DNA from: Candidatus Pacearchaeota archaeon
GTDB lineage: Archaea > Nanobdellota > Nanobdellia > Pacearchaeales > GW2011-AR1
NCBI GenBank assembly: GCA_017609795.1
Contig: JAFCDH010000001.1
Location: 1-52,934, forward strand
Direction: 5' to 3'
DNA length: 52,934 bases
The translations under genes and the position numbers were made by a program. Positions 29,167 to 39,148 of this stretch are shown here, piece after piece. The notes beneath the pieces are model-generated. The model searched no databases and was not told the DNA's origin. It saw nothing but the letters and a program-made list of their open reading frames with translations. Each line of letters starts with the position of its first letter. Positions within the stretch are counted from its first letter, which is position 1.

Positions 29167-29966
29167 TTTATAAACTCCTTAATTTTATTTACTACTTGAG
29201 GTGTATTTTTTAATTCGTGTTCCCAAATAACTAAAGTTTTATATCCATATTTAGAATAAGTTGCTAATCTTTCTTTGTCTTTCTTTTGGGTATTTCTATG
29301 CCAATAATCTCCAAACAATTCTATTATATATTTTGGGTTTTTTGATAGGAAGTCTGGATTGAAGCTCATTGTTTTCCCCCTAAACCAAATGTTTCCACTA
29401 CCAACATAATTGAAAGGAAGATTATTTTTTTGTATTAAATCAATCATATTTTTTTCTGGCTTGTTTGGTCTTATTTTTGCTCCTCTTTTTTGAGCTTTTA
29501 ATTGTCTTTCTCTATATTCATTATCTTGCCAAAGTTTTTTTTGAGCTAATCTATTTTTTTCGTTGCTTTCTTCTAATCTTTTTATTCCTTTGGTTGGAGA
29601 AATATTCTCTTTATTAAAATATTTAGCACCCTTCATTTTAATATTATGTTTTTTGAAAATATCATAAATAACAGAAAAATCACAACCAAACCTCTTAGCT
29701 ATCTTTGTCCCAGAAATGTCTTTATTTAAATACATCTTAACAATTTCTTTTTCAGGCAAATTAAGTTTGTTTGTTGGGGATTTGTTTTTCATATAAAATT
29801 TTTGTGGTATAATCTTTATATTATTCTCTTTAAGAATTCTTTTTATTACTGATTCATCACAATTCATTGATTTAGAAATATTTTTCATAGTAAAGTTCTT
29901 ACTATATAAACTTATAATTTCATCCTTTCTTTTATCTATATCCTTTCTCCTATTCCAAGATTTCAT
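29157..29966 (-). CDS. Homing-endonuclease-like protein: tandem HTH plus Vsr/DUF559-type PD-(D/E)XK domain
   Basis: Two HTH repeats; RPNKPE..NPDF..IIELFGDYWH..LVIWEHEL. Confidence 0.85.
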   Translation of the reverse strand: MKSWNRRKDIDKRKDEIISLYSKNFTMKNISKSMNCDESVIKRILKENNIKIIPQKFYMKNKSPTNKLNLPEKEIVKMYLNKDISGTKIAKRFGCDFSVIYDIFKKHNIKMKGAKYFNKENISPTKGIKRLEESNEKNRLAQKKLWQDNEYRERQLKAQKRGAKIRPNKPEKNMIDLIQKNNLPFNYVGSGNIWFRGKTMSFNPDFLSKNPKYIIELFGDYWHRNTQKKDKERLATYSKYGYKTLVIWEHELKNTPQVVNKIKEFIKWH

Positions 29967-29970
29967 TTTA

Positions 29971-30189
29971 TTAGTATTTATCTACAGCATATCCTATAGC
30001 AATTCCAATCCCAATTATAATTAGGGGGATACTCCAATCTCCAGCAAAAGTTGTCCAAGCATCAGGTATAACTTGAATTATCCAGTTATAAACCTTATCT
30101 CCCCAAACAACAAATGCTCCCATGATTCCACCTAAAACTGTTCCATTTTTTGCTGTATCTTTTATGCTACTTTTCCAAAAACTTCCCAT
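29971..30189 (-). CDS. Small two-TM Gly-rich protein
   Basis: GTVLGGIMG..; IIIGIGIAIGYAVDKY. Confidence 0.75.
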   Translation of the reverse strand: MGSFWKSSIKDTAKNGTVLGGIMGAFVVWGDKVYNWIIQVIPDAWTTFAGDWSIPLIIIGIGIAIGYAVDKY

Positions 30190-30221
30190 TTTATTTTTTA
30201 TATTTTATTTATTTAATGATT

Positions 30222-30440
30222 TTATTTTTTACCCCACCTTCTAAATATAAATATAACTAATAATACCACCCAAGCCCAACCAGGGATTTTAGCTATCACA
30301 CTTGTTATTTTTAATATTGATGAGATTCCTCCACCACCTAAAAAAATTATTAAAACTACTCCTAAAAATAAAGCTAAAACTAATCCTGCACTTACATTAA
30401 ATCCTGCTTTTGGTTGTGCTTGTGCTTTTTTATTTATCAT
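30222..30440 (-). CDS. Small two-TM protein with class III-like leader
   Basis: MINKKAQ then hydrophobic segment. Confidence 0.75.
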   Translation of the reverse strand: MINKKAQAQPKAGFNVSAGLVLALFLGVVLIIFLGGGGISSILKITSVIAKIPGWAWVVLLVIFIFRRWGKK

Positions 30441-32227
30441 CTTTTTAATACCAATATTAATAATAATGCTCCTCCAATTATAACAATAATTAAACCATCA
30501 GTTCCATCTTTAATTCCATCACCTGTAACATCAAAAAATGCTGCCCATTCAAAGATTTCTAAACCTACTCCTTCTTTAATACAATATCCTGCTTTTGATA
30601 AATCTTTATCTCCAAAACTTTCAAAAATATCATTGATTCCTAATCCAAGAGCCCCTCCTGCTAAAGCACATAAAGGAAATAATATTGGTGCAGCAGGTAG
30701 TAAAACAAGTGATGCTGCTCCACAAGCAGCAATCCCTCCTATTGCTCCAGCAGATGTAAAAAAGATAGCAGACCTATCTATTATACTTTCTGCTTCCTCA
30801 TCAGTCAAAGAACCACTATCCACTAAAAATTGTAAAGATTGACATTCACTTTCTTCTTCACATTGAATTGTTTTTGTACAAGCAGAAGCTGCCAAATCTT
30901 CAGCAGTCATTTTTTTAATTTTTGAAGCAGAAATTCCTTTTTGATTTCCTCTTGAAGTATCGCTTGGTGAACAATATCCTTCCAAACACTGAAGTCCAGA
31001 TTGGCAATCAGTAGTTCTTTCACATGTCCATCCATTTCTACATTTATCACATTCAGAACCACCACAATCAGTATCAGTTTCTTCTCCATCCCTAATTCCA
31101 TTAGTACAACTTCCTACACAATCTATCCTAGGGGTAAAAGCAACATTAAATCTGTCTGAAGAGGTTACTCCAGTAGCTAATCCTGTATTAAAACAATTAA
31201 CAAAAGCAACTACTAATAAATCAAAAGTTCCTATTGGTTCTATTCCTTTTCTACAAACTTTTGGAGTAATTATTGTAAATGTTTCAGTTATTTCTTCCCC
31301 TGCATTTAATTCTATTAATTTAGTATCAACATTTTTTTCATTTGGTTCACAATTTATAGCATCTTGAATAACTACAAAACCCCAACTAGTAATATCTTCA
31401 TCTTTATATAATCCAACTTCAACTTTCATTGAACCTTTCTCACCATTATTTTTTATCTTTACATTTATATTTACATTTTGTTCAGAACTAAAAACAATAG
31501 GAGTTGCAGAAATTATATCTACTTGAAAATCAGCATCTCCAGTAACACCATCCCCATTTCCATCATCATCATCTAAGACACACTCAACTGCATCATCTTC
31601 ATCCTCATAACATTGTCTTGAATCATGACCTGGATGATACCACATTTTTCTGTCAGGGTCATTACACCAATAATTACTTCCATAATCTACATCTTGCCAA
31701 AATTCCCATCCAGTTTCTTCACACCTATAAACATCTGTTTCCCAATCTGGCTCTTCATAATAACAAGAACCATAAGCAATATTACAAATATCTCCGTATG
31801 GGTCATCACAATCAGAATTAGAATCACAAGAAGGATAAGGGCAACAATAAAATTCTATCCAAGTATTTTCATCAAATTTTAATCCATCCCATTCTGTAAA
31901 ATCATCTTCATATTCTCTATAAAAAAAATCATCATAATAAGTATTAATCAAGGCAGAATCTGAACACCCCCCATCACGATAATCATAACTATCCCATTGT
32001 TCTCCAATAGAGTGAGATATTATCTTATTAGGATAAACAGAACAATCTCTTGCTTGCCCTACTGAGGTAAATAATAAATTACTAATTTTATATTTTAAAT
32101 TACTTAAAAATAAATCAAAAGCACTTATTTTTGTTTCTTTTTCAGTTTGAGCATTTACAAATACTAACATAAGCATAACTAAGATTATTCCTACGCTTAT
32201 TAAGCATATCTGTTTTTTATATTTCAT
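30437..32227 (-). CDS. Cys-rich surface protein with CARDB-like domain, Gly-rich hydrophobic hairpin and C-terminal TM
   Basis: Start likely MKYKKQ (32227); VNINVKIKNNG; CTNGIRDGEETDTDCGG; GAIGGIAACG...AGGALGLG. Confidence 0.8.
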   Translation of the reverse strand: MKYKKQICLISVGIILVMLMLVFVNAQTEKETKISAFDLFLSNLKYKISNLLFTSVGQARDCSVYPNKIISHSIGEQWDSYDYRDGGCSDSALINTYYDDFFYREYEDDFTEWDGLKFDENTWIEFYCCPYPSCDSNSDCDDPYGDICNIAYGSCYYEEPDWETDVYRCEETGWEFWQDVDYGSNYWCNDPDRKMWYHPGHDSRQCYEDEDDAVECVLDDDDGNGDGVTGDADFQVDIISATPIVFSSEQNVNINVKIKNNGEKGSMKVEVGLYKDEDITSWGFVVIQDAINCEPNEKNVDTKLIELNAGEEITETFTIITPKVCRKGIEPIGTFDLLVVAFVNCFNTGLATGVTSSDRFNVAFTPRIDCVGSCTNGIRDGEETDTDCGGSECDKCRNGWTCERTTDCQSGLQCLEGYCSPSDTSRGNQKGISASKIKKMTAEDLAASACTKTIQCEEESECQSLQFLVDSGSLTDEEAESIIDRSAIFFTSAGAIGGIAACGAASLVLLPAAPILFPLCALAGGALGLGINDIFESFGDKDLSKAGYCIKEGVGLEIFEWAAFFDVTGDGIKDGTDGLIIVIIGGALLLILVLKR

Positions 32228-32237
32228 TCTAACCTTC

Positions 32238-32326
32238 AAAAGACAAGCTAACATTAAAGGCAAGCCTAAATAAGGCAAGCTATCTAAAAGACAAGCTAAA
32301 CCTAAAAGGCAAAGCTACCTAAAAAG
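32238..32326. repeat. Imperfect ~15-18 bp tandem repeat (aaaaG[A/G]CAAGCta) x5
   Basis: aaaagacaagctaa exact at 32238 and 32286, variants between and after; intergenic. Confidence 0.85.
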
Positions 32327-32337
32327 ATTGGCTCGCC

Positions 32338-32793
32338 TTATATTAACTTAATTTTAAGTTGTTTTACTAAGCCGAAACTAAGAGCAACTGCTGCATAATA
32401 AACTGCTAATCCTACTAAAGTTCCCATACCTGGAAGCTTAAATCCTACTAATAATAAGTAGAAGGGTACAGTTCCATATAACAATGTTAATGCTAATCTA
32501 GACCACTCTGTTTTTCCACTAGGAAGCATTTTTACTTTATCTTTTATAAATGCTCCAACATAAATTATTAATGTTGCACTAATAAACAAGTAAACTATAG
32601 ATTCAAAAGTTACTAAATTCTGTAAAATACTAACAACCTTGTTTCCAATAGTTGTTGTTATACCTGTTGTTGCTGTAATTCCAAATATCTGCTTTACTGA
32701 TACATTAGCAAGGCTAAGTATCCAATTCAAGATTAACACAGTTAAGGTTATCCATGCTCCAGTTTTTACGGCTTTCATTATATCGCCTTTCAT
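32338..32793 (-). CDS. Four-TM membrane protein, candidate major envelope/matrix protein
   Basis: Hydrophobic; own A-rich leader; followed by repeat array. Confidence 0.7.
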   Translation of the reverse strand: MKGDIMKAVKTGAWITLTVLILNWILSLANVSVKQIFGITATTGITTTIGNKVVSILQNLVTFESIVYLFISATLIIYVGAFIKDKVKMLPSGKTEWSRLALTLLYGTVPFYLLLVGFKLPGMGTLVGLAVYYAAVALSFGLVKQLKIKLI

Positions 32794-32872
32794 CTTAAAG
32801 ATTTTATTTATTTAATTAATATGAATTTAATTAAGATTAAGGAAGACTTCTTAAAAAATAAATTTAGTCTCC

Positions 32873-33691
32873 CTATTTCTTAAATCCTGATAAGATATTT
32901 TCAATTGCCCTTCCAATCCCTGAAAAGATATTTTTGATTATATCAAAAATTTCTCCGATAAATGGAATCTTTGTTACTGCTTTCTCTTCATATTTCACTA
33001 AAGGTCCTGAAGTTTTAACATCAAAAGTCACTGATGTTGAATTTCCATTCACTGCAGTTCTATCTGCTGCCGAACAACTTAAAGTATATGTTCCAGTAAT
33101 TGCTGTCTCATCAAAAAAGGCGTCATCTGCTGATGTACTAACACTATACACAGTTCCTCGTGGGTCTGTAATATTACAAACCTCAGTTCCATCTAAACCA
33201 GAGGTTGCATCACTCATAGCTGTTGAATACTTTAAGATTCTATGTAAGGTAATTTCACTATAGTCTACAGAGATATCTATTGTTGGCGCACGGTTATCAA
33301 TCCCAACTTTTGTAACAGTAAATGTTTTATTGTAAGTAGAACCATCTTCTCCAATTGACGCATTTCGCATATAACAAGTTATATTATAAAGCAATCCATC
33401 TGCAATAGCACTTATAGTAGCTGAACCAGTGAAAAGTCTTTGATAAGCAGTAGTATTTTCTATCTCTAAAAGCCATGTAGTAGCAGATGTAATACCATAA
33501 TAACAAGTAACATTTGACATATTATGAGAATTATGTCCATCATAATTAACAGTCACTGTAATTGTTGAAGTATAATTTACACCATCTATTGGAGATGACA
33601 TATTATTTTCTGCCGCAGCTGCACTAACTAAAACCAAAGTCATTACTGTAAACAATATCGCAATAGGCAATATCAATTTTTGTTTTTTCAT
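32873..33691 (-). CDS. Secreted Ig-like glycoprotein with amphipathic C-terminus
   Basis: Signal LVLVSA; sequons; IDNRAP Ig boundary; IFDIIKNIFSGIGRAIENIL. Confidence 0.8.
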   Translation of the reverse strand: MKKQKLILPIAILFTVMTLVLVSAAAAENNMSSPIDGVNYTSTITVTVNYDGHNSHNMSNVTCYYGITSATTWLLEIENTTAYQRLFTGSATISAIADGLLYNITCYMRNASIGEDGSTYNKTFTVTKVGIDNRAPTIDISVDYSEITLHRILKYSTAMSDATSGLDGTEVCNITDPRGTVYSVSTSADDAFFDETAITGTYTLSCSAADRTAVNGNSTSVTFDVKTSGPLVKYEEKAVTKIPFIGEIFDIIKNIFSGIGRAIENILSGFKK

Positions 33692-33721
33692 TTTTTATTT
33701 CATTTATTTAATTAATATAAT

Positions 33722-33910
33722 TTATAATTGACGACCTGAAATTACATCAAAGTAAGCTATAATAAGCAAAATTATTCCAAAAGGGAGTGGATATTTAGAT
33801 ATTATGTCAGTTATAGCATCAATTCCAATAACCAATCCTAATCCAGCTATTCCTATTATTACTCCTAAAACTTTTTTCAAGGTTCGTGCAGTTCCTTTTT
33901 TTGGTAACAT
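33722..33910 (-). CDS. Small two-TM protein
   Basis: MLPKKG + hydrophobic hairpin. Confidence 0.7.
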   Translation of the reverse strand: MLPKKGTARTLKKVLGVIIGIAGLGLVIGIDAITDIISKYPLPFGIILLIIAYFDVISGRQL

Positions 33911-33911
33911 T

Positions 33912-34082
33912 TTATTTTTTTGGCTTCTTCCTATTATATTTTTCTACCCATTTATGATTTTTTTTCCTATATCCTGTTACTTCCACAACCTTATTATTAA
34001 CAAAGGCTAGTCTCTGTCTTTTTCCTGGGGATATTTTTTTATATCTATATCTTATTTTTTTCCTTGGATATGGAAGAGGCAT
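33912..34082 (-). CDS. 56-aa basic protein (not in ORF track)
   Basis: MPLPYPRKKIRYRYKK...QRLAFVNNKVVEV...; fills the operon gap exactly. Confidence 0.65.
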   Translation of the reverse strand: MPLPYPRKKIRYRYKKISPGKRQRLAFVNNKVVEVTGYRKKNHKWVEKYNRKKPKK

Positions 34083-34138
34083 TTTACTACTTTTTCTTTT
34101 TTTTCTTTTTTCCTTTTCTTTTTTCTAGTCTTATCATT

Positions 34139-34921
34139 CTAAATTCTTTGTTTATTTAATTGAATATTTAATCTTGGAATTATCAAAATAGCAAGGGGGA
34201 TAATTATTAATGGGGCAACCATTAATGATACAATTCCAGTTAATGCCCCGAATAATCCAATTCCTGCGGCATTAGCAATTATATGAAAGAAAACTACTTG
34301 TTTTGCCTCACCAAACCACATTGCAAATCCTAAAGTAAAAACCATCATAAGGAATACAACTAATAATGCAATATTATTTGTAATACCTTTAGCAGTAACA
34401 TGATACATTAAAAATCCAAAAGCTAAAGGAAGGATTAAAACAAACCATGTTTTAACACTTTTTAATCCTGATTTTGAAATATTAATATTAAATGCAGAAG
34501 CTAAAAAATCCATTGAAATAATAAAAAACATAGTCTCAGCAAAAGGAACAAATAAAACAAAAGTAAGAGTATTTAAAATCACAGACTCTGCCAATGCAGG
34601 AGTTGTGGTTCCTATTAATTGAATCAACTGTCCAATATCAATTTTAGCAAAAAGAGGTGCTAAAACAGAAGCAAAAACAACAAAAACAACATAAATTAGA
34701 ATTCCCTTAACAAAACCAATCCCCCATTTTCCATCTTTACTTAATGGAATTGTTTTAACTTTATCCCAACCATAAATAATCATACTAACAATAGAAAAAA
34801 CTGCTAAGTAAATTACTCCAAGAATTGTATTTACATTAACTGCAATAAACCCAAACCAGAGGGCTACAAACCAAAACATTGTTAATATGAATGGTATTTT
34901 TTCTTTTTCTAATCTTGCCAT
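34139..34921 (-). CDS. CPBP (Abi/Rce1, type II CAAX) family intramembrane protease, divergent
   Basis: Multi-TM; PFAETMFF, FLMYH and HIIAN correspond to the EExxxR, FxxxH and HxxxN motifs. Confidence 0.7.
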   Translation of the reverse strand: MARLEKEKIPFILTMFWFVALWFGFIAVNVNTILGVIYLAVFSIVSMIIYGWDKVKTIPLSKDGKWGIGFVKGILIYVVFVVFASVLAPLFAKIDIGQLIQLIGTTTPALAESVILNTLTFVLFVPFAETMFFIISMDFLASAFNINISKSGLKSVKTWFVLILPLAFGFLMYHVTAKGITNNIALLVVFLMMVFTLGFAMWFGEAKQVVFFHIIANAAGIGLFGALTGIVSLMVAPLIIIPLAILIIPRLNIQLNKQRI

Positions 34922-34981
34922 TATTTTTTGTTATCATTTTATAAAAATCGGGGAAAAGAGAAAAAATAATTATTCCCCCTC

Positions 34982-35009
34982 CTCGCTACTGATTTAAAGA
35001 GTGAGCGAG
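34982..35009 (-). terminator. Hairpin downstream of first structural gene
   Basis: ctcgct-act / agt-g-agcgag stem followed on - strand by T-rich tract. Confidence 0.5.
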
Positions 35010-35034
35010 TCTAACTCCATATATTTAGCAAATC

Positions 35035-35982
35035 TTAATCGCTGAAGTGAGTTTTACTTGTTTTTTGCTGAGATAGGTCAGTATCTGCGCCACCAAGCAA
35101 GTTTTCTTGTTCGTCTTCTGCTCCAAACTTAATTCCGTCTATAGTAGAATAACCTGGTTCAAGATATAATGCAGTGTCTATAAGTTGTCCCTGTATCCAA
35201 GATAAATCTCCTGGTGCTGTACTTCCAATTTTAACAACTGCATAAGTAATAATTGTACCATCTGTTGCGTAAGCATCACTGTCTCTTTGAAAACAATATA
35301 GTGTATGTTCTACTAAACTTGGGTCTTTTCTTCCTGGACAAGGTATTTCTGTATATTTTCCACCTGCACTGTCTGCTTTAGTGATTGTTATATCTTCTAT
35401 AACAGTCCTAGTCCCATTAGTTTCATAAACAATTATTGGTTTTCTTACTCCACTGTTACTAACATTAACTTTCCACTTTGCTCTAAATTCTTCTGTTGCT
35501 CCTGCTGTACCTGAAATGTTTTGATTAAGGTCAACTGGGTCATCCATTGCAGATAAAGTTAATCCTCCTCTCAAAACTAATTTTGTTGTTACTGTATGTT
35601 TTGGTTTGTTTCCACAATTAGCTGAAAACTTCTTAGCCAAATATCCTGAACTTTCTCCTAACTTATTATAAGCCCAAATATCATAATCTGTATTTACTCT
35701 TGCTGTTACTGTATCTTTTCCATCATCTCCTGCTTCACCTGAATCGAAAAATGTCCCATCTCCATTGAACATAATATAAGAAGCATTAACATTAGTATCT
35801 GTTGTTGATAATTCATCTTTGAATTTCAATATCAAATCACATTGTAAATCACTTGGAACAAGTTCATCATCAACACCATCATCAGCTGGTCCACCAATAT
35901 AGCCTGCACTGTAAGCGAAATAAATAGCAATAAGAACTACTGCAATCCATATAACCGGATTTGCTTTTCCTAATTTATTCAT
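35035..35982 (-). CDS. N-terminally anchored beta-rich protein, candidate major structural protein
   Basis: First gene of the structural operon; long leader; downstream hairpin; KLGKA + TM. Confidence 0.6.
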   Translation of the reverse strand: MNKLGKANPVIWIAVVLIAIYFAYSAGYIGGPADDGVDDELVPSDLQCDLILKFKDELSTTDTNVNASYIMFNGDGTFFDSGEAGDDGKDTVTARVNTDYDIWAYNKLGESSGYLAKKFSANCGNKPKHTVTTKLVLRGGLTLSAMDDPVDLNQNISGTAGATEEFRAKWKVNVSNSGVRKPIIVYETNGTRTVIEDITITKADSAGGKYTEIPCPGRKDPSLVEHTLYCFQRDSDAYATDGTIITYAVVKIGSTAPGDLSWIQGQLIDTALYLEPGYSTIDGIKFGAEDEQENLLGGADTDLSQQKTSKTHFSD

Positions 35983-36149
35983 TTTTATTTATTTTTTTGT
36001 CTAACTAAAAATCACCAAAACTTTTAGACAATTTAATACCAAAAAACCCTTTCTGGTAAGTATCACAAATAATGAATGTTAGGCAAATATTGAATGTTAA
36101 ATCAACCACCTATAAGGTTTTAGAGGTTGGTAATTTTCAATATTTTAAA

Positions 36150-36230
36150 TAAGTTAATGTTTATAAATATATTCAAACTATGTATTACAAATACATCATT
36201 GTGAGTAACAGAAAGTTTTATAAAGTATGT
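36150..36230. promoter_or_regulatory. Divergent archaeal promoters
   Basis: tttataaat near 36160 (- operon) and gaaagttttataaag at 36211 (BRE-TATA) just upstream of ATG 36249. Confidence 0.65.
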
Positions 36231-36248
36231 TTGTGTGTATAATTGTGT

Positions 36249-36410
36249 ATGGAGAACACAAAGACTTACAGATTAGAAGTTAGTGAAGATGTTTGGAATA
36301 AATTTAGGGCATATTTAAGAAAAGTTTATTGGGAAGAAGATGTGACGGTTAATGAGGGGGTTGTAAGATTAATAAAAAAATTTATTGAAGAAAATGAAAA
36401 TGGAAAATGA
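36249..36410 (+). CDS. Ribbon-helix-helix-like regulator, 53 aa (not in ORF track)
   Basis: TYRLEVSEDVWNKFRAY...TVNEGVVRLIKKFI pattern; leaderless after TATA. Confidence 0.7.
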   Translation: MENTKTYRLEVSEDVWNKFRAYLRKVYWEEDVTVNEGVVRLIKKFIEENENGK

Positions 36411-36515
36411 ATAAATTTAAATACCTTAATATCTTAAATAAATTGTCTCCAAGGGGTTTTTTAACTCTTTTTGACAATCAACAACCAACATTTGGACAAC
36501 ATTCAAAATTCAAAA

Positions 36516-38261
36516 ATGGAGCAAAATTTTACTAGCCAGTATCTCAACTTTTTAAAAAAAGAAGGATTGATAGATGAAATAATAAGTGGGGCAACAAACA
36601 ACCCAGTAGATACAATTACCTTTTCTAAAACTCAAGATTCTTTTTCTTTTCCACAACCAAATTTAATTTATAGTAAAAATAATAGAGAAGAAATTGAACC
36701 TTATATTATAGAGTTAGATTACCAAGCCAAAAAATTAAAAGAATTAGGATTAGAAATCATTTCAAGAAGAATAAAAAAGAAATGGAAAAAGGGGCAGACT
36801 GTTGAATATAAATTAAGAAAAAAATCTTTTTTTGATGATGAATACATAGAAATCTTAAAAGGGATTCCTGCTAATCACAAGGTAAGAATTGACAAAGCAA
36901 ATGGAAAAGCTAAATTAGTTGGTCCTAATTGCAGAAACAAACTAAACATAAAAGGAGAAACAGATTGGATTTATTTTCAAGGACAAAAAAGAGAATATAA
37001 AAAAAATATAGAAGATGATTTTTCTCTGCCAGACATTTCTTTAACTAAACCAAAACCATTAAAGATGGCAATAAAAGATATTCCTATTATGGTTGGATTG
37101 GATGGAAGCATAGTCTGTATCCCCCACAGACACGAGCCAAATAATATTGCTGTTGTTGGAAGCAAGGGGACAGGAAAAACCCTAATACTTAATAGGCTTG
37201 CTTCAGAAATTCTTTGGAATTGGAAAGAAGCTCCCATAATTATAAATGACATCCAGCAAGAATGTGAGGTTTGGAGTGAGCCTTTAGAAAATATAGAATG
37301 GGCTAATCACTTAAAACTTATAGATGAAAAACCTTTTGCTTCTCCAATTATTTATATTTATCCTCACACTTCAGATTTAAAATTAGATTATAATGAATTA
37401 AAAAGCCAGATAAATTTTGTTGAAACAACACTTCCTTTTTCAGAAGTAATCAATAAAGCGGAAATTTATTTGAAATTAGAAAAAGACAAGGGAACAATAA
37501 GATATATTTGGGGGATGAAAGAAGAGCTATTGGGATGTGAAACCCCGGGGGAAGTTACTAGTTTAATCGAAGAGAAATATGACCAAAGGAAATATGAGAC
37601 TATGAAAAACAAAATGGTTGTTAGTTTTGAGAATGTCTTTAATGATGAAATCCTTAATATAACTAATAAAGAATATCCTTGTTTTTTAGAAAGTGGTGAC
37701 TTTAAAGGAAATCCTTTTGTTGTCTTAGCTAAGATTGGATTGATTCCTTGTTTTGAAACTTATGATTTAAACAACAAAAGATATATGCCAGAAGTGATAA
37801 GCTATCATTTAGAAAGTATTTTTGAAAGTAAATTTAGAGGAAAAATTTTAGAAGGGAAAACTGTCTATATAATATTTGATGAATTAACTCACATTTGTTC
37901 TGATGATAATAAAAATTCTGCTTATGATTCTGTCTGTAAATTATATACAAGGGGAAGAAAATTAGGAATTGGAAATGTTTGTGCAACACAAAACTATTCT
38001 AAGATTCCAAGAAAGGTCAAAAATAATATTGACTTTGTTTTTGCTTTTAAACATTCAAGTGAAGAAGAAGTAACCTTAATTAAAAAAGATTATGATTTAA
38101 AAGATATAGATAAAGATGAGATATTTAATTTAGAAAGTTTTGAGGTTTTAGGAATTACCAACGAATATTTTAATTGTTATAAAAATGGGGAAATAAATAA
38201 AAAAAAAGTTGTTCAGGGAAAAATAATTTTTCCAATGAGCAACCACATGGCGCCGTTATAA
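36516..38261 (+). CDS. FtsK/HerA-superfamily ATPase, candidate packaging/extrusion motor
   Basis: NIAVVGSKGTGKT Walker A, YIIFDE Walker B, GRKLGI..CATQ; start probably MEQNF. Confidence 0.85.
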   Translation: MEQNFTSQYLNFLKKEGLIDEIISGATNNPVDTITFSKTQDSFSFPQPNLIYSKNNREEIEPYIIELDYQAKKLKELGLEIISRRIKKKWKKGQTVEYKLRKKSFFDDEYIEILKGIPANHKVRIDKANGKAKLVGPNCRNKLNIKGETDWIYFQGQKREYKKNIEDDFSLPDISLTKPKPLKMAIKDIPIMVGLDGSIVCIPHRHEPNNIAVVGSKGTGKTLILNRLASEILWNWKEAPIIINDIQQECEVWSEPLENIEWANHLKLIDEKPFASPIIYIYPHTSDLKLDYNELKSQINFVETTLPFSEVINKAEIYLKLEKDKGTIRYIWGMKEELLGCETPGEVTSLIEEKYDQRKYETMKNKMVVSFENVFNDEILNITNKEYPCFLESGDFKGNPFVVLAKIGLIPCFETYDLNNKRYMPEVISYHLESIFESKFRGKILEGKTVYIIFDELTHICSDDNKNSAYDSVCKLYTRGRKLGIGNVCATQNYSKIPRKVKNNIDFVFAFKHSSEEEVTLIKKDYDLKDIDKDEIFNLESFEVLGITNEYFNCYKNGEINKKKVVQGKIIFPMSNHMAPL

Positions 38262-38290
38262 AATGATGAAATTAAATTTAAGGAGAAACA

Positions 38291-38962
38291 ATGAAAAAAT
38301 TGATTTTATTTAGTTTAATCTTTTTGTTTACACTAACAACAATAACAACAGTTTTAGCTTGGGAAGAAAGTTTAATCAAAGTTCCAATAAGAATCAAGTG
38401 GGATGTTGATGACAAAAATACAGCAAGAATAGTTATTGAAGGAGAAAATTTACAATGGTCTAAAACAATTCATTATGACACAACCATTAATAATGATACA
38501 AACCAAACCATCGGACTTCCTTCAGCCTGGATTGAAGATTTAGAGATAATCTTAATCAGAAAGTTTGGAAACTATACTGATGTTCAATATGCAATTATGG
38601 AATGTAATAAGATGGCCAATTTTTCAGATAAGTGGGAAATGTGTTTAGAACAGAGAACATATTTTGAATTACAGATTTTAAATGAGATGGTGAATAAAAG
38701 TGATTACGAAAATTTAGAAAACAATTTAAGTATAAAAATTGATGAATGGAAAACCAAATATAGTTCAGATACAAGTAGCAAGGATACAGAAATAACTGTT
38801 TTAACAGAAGAGAGAGATAGATTAACTTCTCAAAAAACAAGATGGCAATGGATTGGAATAATTGGAGTTTGTGTTGCAGCATACTTAGGACATAAATATA
38901 AGGGTTGGGGAAAAAGAAAACAAGAAGAAGAAACTGAATTACCTAAAGACACAAGCGTTTAA
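38291..38962 (+). CDS. Signal peptide, coiled coil, C-terminal TM protein
   Basis: SD aggag; TVLA cleavage-like site; WQWIGIIGVCVAAYL. Confidence 0.8.
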   Translation: MKKLILFSLIFLFTLTTITTVLAWEESLIKVPIRIKWDVDDKNTARIVIEGENLQWSKTIHYDTTINNDTNQTIGLPSAWIEDLEIILIRKFGNYTDVQYAIMECNKMANFSDKWEMCLEQRTYFELQILNEMVNKSDYENLENNLSIKIDEWKTKYSSDTSSKDTEITVLTEERDRLTSQKTRWQWIGIIGVCVAAYLGHKYKGWGKRKQEEETELPKDTSV

Positions 38963-38977
38963 ATTAAAAAGTTTAAA

Positions 38978-39148
38978 ATGGAATGTAATCATCCTGCGTA
39001 TAGGAAGGAAATCAAAGAAGGTAAAGAAGTGTTAACTTGCACTCATTGTGAAAATGAATTTGGAGAAGAAGAAATAGATGAATTCAAAAAAATATTAGAA
39101 AATGGCAAAGAAATATCCAGGACAAGAGATACAAAGAGAACCTCCTGA
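38978..39148 (+). CDS. Small Zn-ribbon protein (not in ORF track)
   Basis: MECNH...LTCTHC. Confidence 0.55.
   Translation: MECNHPAYRKEIKEGKEVLTCTHCENEFGEEEIDEFKKILENGKEISRTRDTKRTS

Noticed and set aside
32238..32326. Mini-CRISPR array
   Set aside because: Units are short, adjacent and degenerate with no unique spacers; no cas genes
36471..38261. Terminase large subunit or VirB4 of a conjugation system
   Set aside because: No nuclease domain, portal, relaxase or recognisable T4SS partners; only FtsK/HerA-superfamily membership is supportable
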